NCBI GenBank assembly: GCA_902563885.1
Contig: CACEYZ010000001.1
Coordinates: 40,013-104,012, forward strand
Reading direction: 5' to 3'
Source of the DNA: an uncultured SAR86 cluster bacterium
Lineage (GTDB): Bacteria > Pseudomonadota > Gammaproteobacteria > Magnimaribacterales > TMED112
Length of the DNA stretch: 64,000 bases
The notes beneath the pieces were generated by a model. The model was not told where the DNA came from. It saw only the letters and a list, made by a program, of their open reading frames with translations, and did no database searches. Both the position numbers and the translations under genes were made by a program. This document shows, in pieces, positions 22,805 to 33,097 of this stretch (position 1 is the stretch's first letter; each line of letters starts with the position of its first letter).

Positions 22805-23735
22805 AGAGATTGTCTTAGCAAATCCAAGAGGTTTTTGTGCAGGCGTTGATAGAGCAATTGATATTGTAGAAAAATCTTTGGACAAATTTAAAGAGCCAGT
22901 GTACGTAAGACATCAAGTTGTACATAACAAAAAGGTAGTTGAAGACTTAGAGAAAAAGGGTGTTAAATTTGTAAAAGAAGTTTCAGAAATTCCTGATAAT
23001 GCAGTTGCAATATTTAGTGCACATGGAGTAAGTCAAAAAGTTGAGGATGAAGCCAAAAAAAGAAATTTCATGTATTTTGATGCCACTTGTCCTCTAGTTA
23101 CTAAAGTTCATTTGGAAGTACAAAAACATGCTCAAAAGGGTAGAGATATTATTTTAATTGGACATAAAGGACATCCTGAAGTAATTGGTACATTAGGCAG
23201 ACATCCATCTAATTCAAATACAAAAATTTACCTTGTAGAAAATAATGATGATATTAAAAAATTGGAGATAAGTTCTCCTGAAGTTGCTTATGTAACACAA
23301 ACAACACTTTCCGTAGATGAGACAAGGGAATTAATTAATTCGCTAAAAGAAAAATTTCCAGGCATTATTGGCCCGAGCGCTGATGATATTTGTTACGCAA
23401 CACAGAATCGACAAGATGCAGTGAAACAATTGTCGCTTGAATGTCAGATTGTGCTTGTTATAGGATCGCAGACAAGTTCTAATTCCAATAGATTAAAAGA
23501 GTTAGCTGAAAAATGTGGTACTAAATCATTTCTAATCGACGATAAAACAGATATAGATTTAAATTCTTTAAAAGACGCTACCTCTGTTGGAATTACTGCT
23601 GGAGCTTCAGCGCCAGAGGAAATTGTTCAAGAAGTAATTTCATTTCTTGTTCCCTTAGGATTTAAAACAGTAAGAAATTTGTCAGAAAATAATGAAAATA
23701 TGACCTTTAAATTGCCAAAGGAATTAACATCATGA
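22785..23735 (+). CDS. ispH: 4-hydroxy-3-methylbut-2-enyl diphosphate reductase
   Basis: PRGFCAGVDRAI N-terminus, conserved cysteines (ATCPLVTKVH, ICYATQNRQ), 316 aa. Follows lspA as in enterobacteria. Confidence 0.95.
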   Translation: MKKELHKEIVLANPRGFCAGVDRAIDIVEKSLDKFKEPVYVRHQVVHNKKVVEDLEKKGVKFVKEVSEIPDNAVAIFSAHGVSQKVEDEAKKRNFMYFDATCPLVTKVHLEVQKHAQKGRDIILIGHKGHPEVIGTLGRHPSNSNTKIYLVENNDDIKKLEISSPEVAYVTQTTLSVDETRELINSLKEKFPGIIGPSADDICYATQNRQDAVKQLSLECQIVLVIGSQTSSNSNRLKELAEKCGTKSFLIDDKTDIDLNSLKDATSVGITAGASAPEEIVQEVISFLVPLGFKTVRNLSENNENMTFKLPKELTS

Positions 23736-24964
23736 AAAAAAATGTTGCAGTTATAGGCGCAGGAGTTTTAGGAGTGAATACTGCCTATTTTTTGGCAAAG
23801 AAAAATCAAAATGTAACAGTTTTTGATACACATAAATATGCTGGAATGGAAACAAGTTACTCTAATGGCGCACAAATAAGTGTTTGTAATTCAGAAACAT
23901 GGACTCAGTGGGATAATGTAAAAAAAGGCATCCAGTGGATTTTCAAGGATGATGCACCGTTATTATTTAATCCAATGCCTAACCTATTTAGACCTTATGA
24001 CACTTATTCAAAATATATGTGGATGATTAATTTCTTCATTACTACAGCACTAGGAAAATACAAAAAAAATTCTGAGAATGCATTTGCAATATCCTTAAAA
24101 TCTAGAGACCTTTATTTCCAGATTGCCGATGAAGAGGGAATTGAATTTGATCTCATGAAAAAGGGAATTGTTCATTTTTATAACTCAAAAAGAGAGTTCG
24201 AAATTGCTGCTTCAAAAAAAGACTGGATTGAAGCAATGGGCTGTGAATGGGAAATAGTTGATCGCGACCAAATCTTTGAAATTGAGCCAGCTTTAAAAAA
24301 TAACCACAAAATAATTGGTGGTGTTTACACAAAATCCGATGCTACTGGAGACATTCATAAATATTGCTTTGAATTGGCTAAAGTATTAGAGAAAAAATAT
24401 GGAGTAGATTTTAAATTTTCTGAAACCATTCAAGATATTAAAAAATTAAATAAGCCGATATTACAAACGAATAAGAACGAATATGAGTTTGATGACATAA
24501 TTTTATGTACAGGGGTTGAAACAGAGAGATTTAGAAGAAAATTTGGTGATTCTTTTAGAATTTATCCTGTAAAGGGCTACTCAGTTACCGTAGATTTAGA
24601 AGATGACAAATCTAGAGAATCTGCACCAGTTGTTTCACTTTTAGATGACCCAAGCAAGCTTGTAGCTTCAAGACTTGGTAATAGACTAAGAGTTGCTGGT
24701 ACCGCAGAGCTTGCAGGTTATAACAAAGATATAAGAAGCAACAGAATAAAACCTCTATTAAAATGGATCAATGAACTTTTCCCGGAGGTTAATACAAAAA
24801 ATTACCTTCCGTGGACTGGATTAAGGCCAATGTCCTCTGATATGGTGCCGATTATCAAAGAATCTAAGAGAAAAAATGTTTTTTATAATTCTGGTCATGG
24901 TCATTTAGGCTGGACTATGGGAACGTACTCCGGAAAACTTGCTGCTGATCTTGTCGATCAGTAA
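23732..24964 (+). CDS. dadA: D-amino acid dehydrogenase, FAD-dependent
   Basis: GAGVLGV dinucleotide fold. Aligns by eye with E. coli DadA blocks (ETS.SNGAQIS, YPVKGYSVTV, WTGLRPMSSD, NSGHGHLGWTM). Confidence 0.8.
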   Translation: MKKNVAVIGAGVLGVNTAYFLAKKNQNVTVFDTHKYAGMETSYSNGAQISVCNSETWTQWDNVKKGIQWIFKDDAPLLFNPMPNLFRPYDTYSKYMWMINFFITTALGKYKKNSENAFAISLKSRDLYFQIADEEGIEFDLMKKGIVHFYNSKREFEIAASKKDWIEAMGCEWEIVDRDQIFEIEPALKNNHKIIGGVYTKSDATGDIHKYCFELAKVLEKKYGVDFKFSETIQDIKKLNKPILQTNKNEYEFDDIILCTGVETERFRRKFGDSFRIYPVKGYSVTVDLEDDKSRESAPVVSLLDDPSKLVASRLGNRLRVAGTAELAGYNKDIRSNRIKPLLKWINELFPEVNTKNYLPWTGLRPMSSDMVPIIKESKRKNVFYNSGHGHLGWTMGTYSGKLAADLVDQ

Positions 24965-25003
24965 TTCGTATCTTTAGTTATATCTGTTTAAAATAAATTC
25001 TTT

Positions 25004-25525
25004 ATGAGAATAAGAGACTCTTTTTTTATGGATGCAAAGAAAATTCTTTCACCAAACTTTTCTGAGCGTGAGAAGAATATTGATTTAATAGTTCTGCACT
25101 CCATCAGCCTTCCAGAGGGTGAATATGATAACGACAATGTTGAGGATCTTTTTACGAATAAATTGAATTTTGACTTACATAGCTCTTTCCAAGATTTAAG
25201 AAATGTAAAAGTCTCTGCTCACTTATACATAAAAAGAGATGGCACAATAATACAATTTGTTCCTTTTAATAAGTGCGCTTGGCACGCAGGAGAATCGATA
25301 TTTAAAGGACGAAAAAATTGCAATGAGTTTTCTATAGGAATAGAAATTCAAGGTAAAGTTGACGAAGAATATACTAAAGAGCAATACGAAAACCTTAAAA
25401 AAATAGTAGATGCTCTGAAAATTTTTTTTCAACTCGATGATGTTGTGGCACACTCAGAAATTTCGCCTGAAAGAAAAAAAGATCCAGGACCATTATTCGA
25501 CTGGAGTAAATTAGATGAAAACTAA
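25004..25525 (+). CDS. ampD: 1,6-anhydro-N-acetylmuramyl-L-alanine amidase AmpD
   Basis: Amidase_2 motifs: SPNF..R......IV+HSISLP, AWHAG.S, and EISP.RK.DPG.LFDW. The start could be the second Met at 25028. Confidence 0.88.
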   Translation: MRIRDSFFMDAKKILSPNFSEREKNIDLIVLHSISLPEGEYDNDNVEDLFTNKLNFDLHSSFQDLRNVKVSAHLYIKRDGTIIQFVPFNKCAWHAGESIFKGRKNCNEFSIGIEIQGKVDEEYTKEQYENLKKIVDALKIFFQLDDVVAHSEISPERKKDPGPLFDWSKLDEN

Positions 25526-27062
25526 TTTATCACAGTTCAATTTTATCTTTCTAGGTATATCTGCAGCAATTCCTACCTTTGCTCTTGGAATACCATTCGG
25601 TCTATGGCTGCTCTCAGCTGGAGTAAGTAAAGAAACCTTTGGTTTAATTACAGTCTCATCCTTAATTGTTGCATTAAATTTTTTGTGGTCTCCATTCATA
25701 AACAATATTAAGATTCCTGTACTTCATAAATTGCTTGGTTTGAGAAGATCTTGGCTTTTGCTTTCACAGGTTTCTCTATCAATATTGCTATTTACTTTGT
25801 CTATTCTTGATCCTTTGCAAAACATTACCTTAATAGTTTTAATTGCATGCTTGATTTACTTCTTCTCGTCAGTTCAAGATATTGCCCTAGATGCTTATAG
25901 GGTTGAATATGACAAGTTCTCTAGCCCTGAGAATCTCTCAACAATTTATCAACTGGGCTACAAAATAGGAGCTTTCTTAGTTGGCGCACAAGTATATTCG
26001 TTAATTGGTGAAGATAATTGGGGTTTTGTATATTTTTACTTAGCGTTTTTAATGTTAATTTTGCCCTTTTTCACCTTGATATCAAAAAAAGTAGATGAAT
26101 TAAATCTAAATCAATCAACATTAACAGCATTCAAGGAAGCTTTTAAAAATCTATTCCAGAAAAATAATGTTTTGGTCCTGTTAATTTTGATAGGAGTTTA
26201 TAAAATTTCTGACATAGTTTTAGGTCCGATGGCTGCTGCACTTTATAAAGAAACAGCACTTGATGATCCAAGCTTTCTCGAGATGAAGAGTTATTTTAAT
26301 TTCATTGCCACATTTGTTGGTGCGGGTATTGCATTGTTAAGTATTAAATACCTCAAAATTAATATCTCAATGCTTTTGGGAGCAATATTGGTTTTATCTA
26401 CAAACATACTTTTTTCTTATTTATATCTAAATCCAAGTTACTTGAATTTTATTTCAATTAATTTTTTAGATACTATCGCTCAATCATTTACGGCAGTTTG
26501 TTTTATAACATTTCTTGTTGATCTAATTGATCGTAAATTCACTGCTATACAATATGCATTCTTAGCTTCTCTTGTAATTGTTCCTGGAACAATTATAAAA
26601 GGTTCCTCAGGCTTTATTCTTGAGGGCTTTGGTTATTATAATTTTTTTATATTGATGGGTGTTTTAGCGATACCATCTGTTTGTCTTTGTTATTTGCTCC
26701 CTAGAAATTTAGAGCTAAATTTTGAAAATATTATGAAAATTATTTCAATAGCCTTAGCGCTCTCTATATTTTTAATTTCTATTTATGATTTTGACGAAAA
26801 TTTCTCTAACCTTGATGATAAGCTTTTGCATTTATTGATGTATGTATTTTTAGCTGCAATAACCTTTACAGCAAGTAAAAAAACAAATTTATACATTTTA
26901 TTTGCTGTTCTAATACTCATTGGAGTAGCCACAGAAGCTACACAAATGCTTTTCGGTTTGAGGAATTTCGAGTATATGGATATAATAGCCAACTCTTTAG
27001 GTGTTTTAATAGGATTTGTTTTTTATTATATTTCAGAGAAGTACTTGAAAAAAACTCAATAA
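25515..27062 (+). CDS. ampG: AmpG-type muropeptide MFS permease fused to a C-terminal VanZ-like domain
   Basis: Residues 1 to about 397 form a 12-TM MFS with AmpG-like features (LGLRRSW, QDIALDAYR) directly after ampD. Residues about 405-507 carry the VanZ-like signature DKLLH..Y, E.TQ......R.....D..AN.LG...G. No stop separates the two parts. Confidence 0.7.
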   Translation: MKTNLSQFNFIFLGISAAIPTFALGIPFGLWLLSAGVSKETFGLITVSSLIVALNFLWSPFINNIKIPVLHKLLGLRRSWLLLSQVSLSILLFTLSILDPLQNITLIVLIACLIYFFSSVQDIALDAYRVEYDKFSSPENLSTIYQLGYKIGAFLVGAQVYSLIGEDNWGFVYFYLAFLMLILPFFTLISKKVDELNLNQSTLTAFKEAFKNLFQKNNVLVLLILIGVYKISDIVLGPMAAALYKETALDDPSFLEMKSYFNFIATFVGAGIALLSIKYLKINISMLLGAILVLSTNILFSYLYLNPSYLNFISINFLDTIAQSFTAVCFITFLVDLIDRKFTAIQYAFLASLVIVPGTIIKGSSGFILEGFGYYNFFILMGVLAIPSVCLCYLLPRNLELNFENIMKIISIALALSIFLISIYDFDENFSNLDDKLLHLLMYVFLAAITFTASKKTNLYILFAVLILIGVATEATQMLFGLRNFEYMDIIANSLGVLIGFVFYYISEKYLKKTQ

Positions 27063-27072
27063 AACCCTAAAT
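27044..27072 (+). promoter_or_regulatory. candidate sigma-32 (RpoH) heat-shock promoter for groESL
   Basis: CTTGAAA (27044-27050), 14 nt spacer, then CCCTAAAT (27065-27072), compared with consensus CTTGAAA-N13/14-CCCCATNT. Lies in the last codons of ampG, 30 nt upstream of the groES ATG. Confidence 0.35.
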
Positions 27073-27101
27073 ATTTGCAAGTTATTGGAGGATAACAGAA
27101 T

Positions 27102-29041
<1,940 letters not shown>

Positions 29042-29060
29042 TTTGAATAAATTGCAACAA

Positions 29061-29088
29061 AAGGGAGCTTTAGGCTCCCTTTTTTTTG
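29061..29088 (+). terminator. rho-independent terminator after groEL
   Basis: 8-bp GC-containing stem AAGGGAGC/GCTCCCTT with loop TTTAG, followed by a run of seven T. It is the only clear canonical intrinsic terminator seen in the window. Confidence 0.85.
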
Positions 29089-29120
29089 TTTGTTAATTTA
29101 AAATAAATATAGGAGTTGTT

Positions 29121-29798
29121 ATGGGAGAGTATATTGCATATTACGAATACTGGTCACAAGTAAGTAGATTTTTACATGTTTTATTTGGCATTGCCTGGAT
29201 AGGTTTGCTTTATTATTTCAATTTTATTGGAGGTGGGTATTTAAAACAGGCATCTCCTGAAGCAAAGAAAGATATGCTTCAACTTCATCAGCCAAATGCA
29301 TTATGGTATTTTAGATGGGCTGCAATGTTCACATTCTTAACTGGGCTGTACCTCTTATATTATGTTTCAGAAATTCCAGGTGCTTATAATGTCGGTATTT
29401 CTTTAGGTGCAACAATGGCAACAATAATGTTCTTAAATGTTTGGTTAATTATTTGGCCAAATCAGAAGAAAGTAATTGCAGGAACTGAGGATGCGGCTGA
29501 TGCAGGTGCAAAGGCATTATTGGCCTCAAGAACTAATACTTTGTTCTCCTTTCCAATGCTTTATTTTATGATTTATTCTGCCCACATCAATAATGGTAAT
29601 GATCCACTTCTTTTAGGTGATAGTTATGGTCCTGGATGGGGAACTTTATCACTTTGGCTTGGAGCAGCAATAATTTTAGCAATAGAGCTAAATGCTGTAT
29701 TTGGCAAATTATGGAGATGGCTAGAATCTGTAAAGGCGGTAATACACTCAGGTCTCTTGCTTACAGTATTTTTTGCTTGGCTAGTTTGGTATAACTAA
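29121..29798 (+). CDS. integral membrane protein resembling the N-terminal membrane domain of urate hydroxylase PuuD (DUF989-like)
   Basis: About 5 TM helices. The N-terminal block W..VSRFLHVLFGIAWIGLLYYFNF resembles the PuuD/urate-oxidase-N family. No cytochrome c CxxCH motif is present. Confidence 0.35.
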   Translation: MGEYIAYYEYWSQVSRFLHVLFGIAWIGLLYYFNFIGGGYLKQASPEAKKDMLQLHQPNALWYFRWAAMFTFLTGLYLLYYVSEIPGAYNVGISLGATMATIMFLNVWLIIWPNQKKVIAGTEDAADAGAKALLASRTNTLFSFPMLYFMIYSAHINNGNDPLLLGDSYGPGWGTLSLWLGAAIILAIELNAVFGKLWRWLESVKAVIHSGLLLTVFFAWLVWYN

Positions 29799-29799
29799 T

Positions 29800-31017
29800 T
29801 TAAGCATTTTTAGAGATTTTAATTTCTTTAATAAGATTCCCTTCAATCTTTGAGGTCTCTATATTATAAGATTCAAGATTTATGCAAACATTTCCAGTTG
29901 GAATGGTATCAATTTGATCAATTACCAAACCACTTATTGTTTTCGCTGGCTCTTCGGGTAAGCTCCAGTCCATTTTTTTATTCAGCTCTCTTATTGTAAC
30001 TGAACCATCTACAGTTACACTGTTGTCTTCATTTATATTTATTCCAATTTCATCCTCATCAGGATCAAATCGCCCAAGAACTTGCTCAATCAAATCTTCT
30101 AAGGTAACTAAACCAGCAATGTCTCCATATTCATCAACAACTAATGCAACTTCTTTCCCATTCTTTTGAAAGTTTTTTAGTTGTGAAAAAAGATGTGTTT
30201 TTTCAGGCACATAATAGGGTTCTATCAAAAAATCGATATTATCACCTGAAAAATCATTAAATTGCTCTATCTCTTTTGAGTGTATGAAACCAAGTATTTC
30301 ATCAGAATTCCTCTTAACAACAGGCAAAAATATGTCCTTATCATTTGGAACATCATGGGATTTATTACCAATTTCCATCTTCAATACTTCATTTATTGGT
30401 ATGAGAATATCTTCAACAGTAAGATCTTTGAGTTCTAAAATAGATTTTAATGCTTCCATTTCCTCTTTATCTACTTCTTTGGTTTCTTTCTCAAGAACAG
30501 ATTTGAGCTCGTCTCGGTTTAAATTTTCAGAAAAGTAATTTTCATTATTTTTTATCCCAGTAAGAGAATTACTAATGTTAGTTAGTATCTCGGAGAAAGA
30601 TCCAAGATATTTTGTCAAAACTTTTAGGATTCTACTTGCTGGGTAGGCAATGGATTCTGGTCTTTTAGCTGCAAAACTTTTCGGAGCTATTTCTGCAAAA
30701 ATAATAATAAAGATTGTTAGTAATAAAGTTCCAATCCAGACATATTCGTCACCAAATTTTTTTATTACAAAGAAAGTTAGTAAGGCAGAAGCAGAAATAT
30801 TTACAAGATTATTACCTATAAGAATTACACCTAAAACTCTATTAATTTCTTTTCTTAAACTATTTATTATTTTTGCTGATTTATTACCCTGTTTTTCTGC
30901 GTTATCGAGCTTTATTTGATTAAGAGCCATTATCGAAGTCTCTGAACCAGAGAAAAAGGCAGACAATATGACAAGAATTAGTAAAACAACTACTAAAATT
31001 ATAGAAAAACTATCCAT
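29800..31017 (-). CDS. CNNM/CorB-type transporter (DUF21-CBS pair-CorC_HlyC)
   Basis: N-terminal 4-TM DUF21 with the GSETS motif, two CBS repeats, and a C-terminal CorC/HlyC transporter-associated domain. Confidence 0.8.
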   Translation of the reverse strand: MDSFSIILVVVLLILVILSAFFSGSETSIMALNQIKLDNAEKQGNKSAKIINSLRKEINRVLGVILIGNNLVNISASALLTFFVIKKFGDEYVWIGTLLLTIFIIIFAEIAPKSFAAKRPESIAYPASRILKVLTKYLGSFSEILTNISNSLTGIKNNENYFSENLNRDELKSVLEKETKEVDKEEMEALKSILELKDLTVEDILIPINEVLKMEIGNKSHDVPNDKDIFLPVVKRNSDEILGFIHSKEIEQFNDFSGDNIDFLIEPYYVPEKTHLFSQLKNFQKNGKEVALVVDEYGDIAGLVTLEDLIEQVLGRFDPDEDEIGININEDNSVTVDGSVTIRELNKKMDWSLPEEPAKTISGLVIDQIDTIPTGNVCINLESYNIETSKIEGNLIKEIKISKNA

Positions 31018-31117
31018 TTTGTTTATTTTTAAAATTAATCAAGAAAATCAAAGATTATTTGTGAATCTTTTATAGAAAAGGTGTAAAATTCCATTTTCAA
31101 ATATTATACAGAAAAAA

Positions 31118-31525
31118 ATGGTTGTTATAAGACTTTCAAGAACAGGGGCAAAAAAAAGGCCTTTCTATCATATTTGTGTAACTGACAGAAGAAAAAAAAG
31201 AGATGGTAATCATATTGAGAAATTAGGTTTCTTTAATCCAATAGCCAAAAAAGGAGAAGAAAAAATAAAACTTGATGTGGAGAGGTTTGACTATTGGACG
31301 TCCGTAGGAGCAATACCAAGCGATACAGTAATGACACTTTACAAAAGATCAAAGTTGAGTGAAGAGGATGTTGAAAAAATTGAAGAAAAAAAATTAGCAC
31401 AGAAACAAAGAAGAAAAGAACGAGATGTTCTGAAAAAACAAGAAGAGGCCGAAAAGGCAGCAGCTGAGGCACCAGCAGAAGAGGCAGCTCCAGCAGAAGA
31501 GAATCCCTCAGAAAAGAAGGATTAG
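31118..31525 (+). CDS. rpsP: 30S ribosomal protein S16 with a C-terminal Lys/Glu/Ala-rich extension
   Basis: [18 protein letters not shown]-terminus. The core of about 80 aa is followed by a low-complexity tail of about 55 aa. Confidence 0.95.
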   Translation: MVVIRLSRTGAKKRPFYHICVTDRRKKRDGNHIEKLGFFNPIAKKGEEKIKLDVERFDYWTSVGAIPSDTVMTLYKRSKLSEEDVEKIEEKKLAQKQRRKERDVLKKQEEAEKAAAEAPAEEAAPAEENPSEKKD

Positions 31526-31529
31526 TAGT

Positions 31530-32024
31530 CTGAACCTTCTAGTAATAGGAAAATTTGGTAAGACCCATGGTGTTACTGGACAGATCAAAGTCTATTCATT
31601 TACTGAACAAGAAAAAGATATCTTAAATTATTCTCATTTTTTTTATAAAGACGGCAGTGAAATGAATTTAAAAATATTTACTGATGGGTCTGGAAAAATT
31701 TTTGGTCAGATTTCAGGAATTGACTCCATTGAAGCTGCTAGAGAACTTACAAATAAAGAAATTTTTATTCATAAGGACATGCTTCCAGAATTAGGTGAAA
31801 AAGAGTATTACTGGGATGATTTAATAGGAGCAACTGTAAATAATTTAGAAGGGAATAAGTTAGGTATAGTCGCAAAAATAGAAAATCACGGCGCTTCAGA
31901 TTTAATTTTTATAGATAATAAAAAAGGTCAAGAAATTATAGTTCCTATTGAAAACGAATTTTTTCTAAAGTTTGAAAAGGATAATAATCTAATTATTGTA
32001 GATTGGGATATAGATGAAAATTAA
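31530..32024 (+). CDS. rimM: 16S rRNA processing protein RimM (non-AUG start, CTG proposed)
   Basis: The conserved RimM N-terminus LVIGKFGKTHGVTGQIKVYSFTE is encoded upstream of the first ATG (31662). That frame has no ATG, GTG or TTG between the stop at 31431-31433 and 31662. A CTG at 31530 lies 8 nt after an AAGGA Shine-Dalgarno and 5 nt after the rpsP stop. Confidence 0.7.
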   Translation: MNLLVIGKFGKTHGVTGQIKVYSFTEQEKDILNYSHFFYKDGSEMNLKIFTDGSGKIFGQISGIDSIEAARELTNKEIFIHKDMLPELGEKEYYWDDLIGATVNNLEGNKLGIVAKIENHGASDLIFIDNKKGQEIIVPIENEFFLKFEKDNNLIIVDWDIDEN

Positions 32025-32757
32025 TGTTCTTGCTGTTTTTCCTCAAATATTAGACTCCCTTAATTATGGGGTTACTGGGACAGCAATTGAAAAAAATATT
32101 TTAGAAATTCATAGGATTGATTTAAAAGATTATCCTTTGAATTCTTATGGATCTATTGATGATAAACCTTTTTCAGGTTCTGAAGGTATGATTATTTCAC
32201 CTATTCCAATTTCAAAAGCGATGAACTTAGTTAAAAGCAAAGGAAAAGTAATTTATCTTTCTCCTCAAGGTAAAACACTAAATCAAAAAAAGGTCAAAGA
32301 GCTAGCAACTTTAAATGATTTAACAATAATTTGTGGTAGATATGAGGGTATAGATCAGAGAATTATTGATGAATATGTCGATGAAGAAATTTCAATAGGA
32401 GATTATGTTTTAAGTGGTGGTGAAATTGCAGCTACGGTACTTATTGACTCAATTGTTAGAAATTTACCTGGCGCTCTTGGAAATGAAAAATCACTAACCA
32501 ATGACAGTTTTTCTGATGGCAGACTAAAAGGTCATTCATACACAAGACCAAGAGATTTTGAGGGAAGAAAAGTTCCAGATGAATTAGTTTCTGGAAATCA
32601 TGAATTAGTGAAAGAATGGAAAATAGCAAATAGTTTATGGGTTACGAAGCAAAAACGACCAGATTTATTTTCTAATCTGCAACTTTCTGAAAAAGAAATG
32701 ATATTATTACAAAAGTACGAATTAGCACAAAAAAATCTAAGGAAGGGAGATGGCTGA
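32014..32757 (+). CDS. trmD: tRNA (guanine37-N1)-methyltransferase
   Basis: TrmD blocks ([21 protein letters not shown]). Synteny rpsP-rimM-trmD-rplS. Confidence 0.96.
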   Translation: MKINVLAVFPQILDSLNYGVTGTAIEKNILEIHRIDLKDYPLNSYGSIDDKPFSGSEGMIISPIPISKAMNLVKSKGKVIYLSPQGKTLNQKKVKELATLNDLTIICGRYEGIDQRIIDEYVDEEISIGDYVLSGGEIAATVLIDSIVRNLPGALGNEKSLTNDSFSDGRLKGHSYTRPRDFEGRKVPDELVSGNHELVKEWKIANSLWVTKQKRPDLFSNLQLSEKEMILLQKYELAQKNLRKGDG

Positions 32758-33097
32758 AAATATTCTTGATAAGTTTGAAAAAGAGCAATTAAAAGAACAC
32801 CCAGAATTCAGAACTGGTGATACTGTAGTGGTTCAAGTAAAAGTAACTGAAGGAAAAAGGACAAGATTGCAAGCTTTCGAGGGTTTAGTAATAAGTAAGA
32901 AAAATAGAGGTTTAAATTCTTCCTTTATAGTGAGAAAGATTTCAAGTGGCGTAGGTGTTGAAAGAACATTTCAGACTCATAGCCCGTTAATAGATTCGAT
33001 TAAAGTAAAAAGAAAGGGTCTTGTGCGACAATCAAAAATTTACTACATAAGAGAAAGATCTGGCAAATCTGCAAGGATCAAAGAAAAAATTAATTAG
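32750..33097 (+). CDS. rplS: 50S ribosomal protein L19
   Basis: 115 aa with the [10 protein letters not shown]...EG.R.R.Q.FEG.VI motif. Confidence 0.97.
   Translation: MAENILDKFEKEQLKEHPEFRTGDTVVVQVKVTEGKRTRLQAFEGLVISKKNRGLNSSFIVRKISSGVGVERTFQTHSPLIDSIKVKRKGLVRQSKIYYIRERSGKSARIKEKIN

Noticed and set aside
31434-31529. S16-RimM fusion by programmed +1 frameshift, since the rimM frame is open across the S16 tail
   Set aside because: There is no slippery or stimulatory signal comparable to prfB. The open frame is explained by the purine-rich, stop-poor sequence. Non-AUG initiation is the simpler explanation. It is mentioned only as an alternative.
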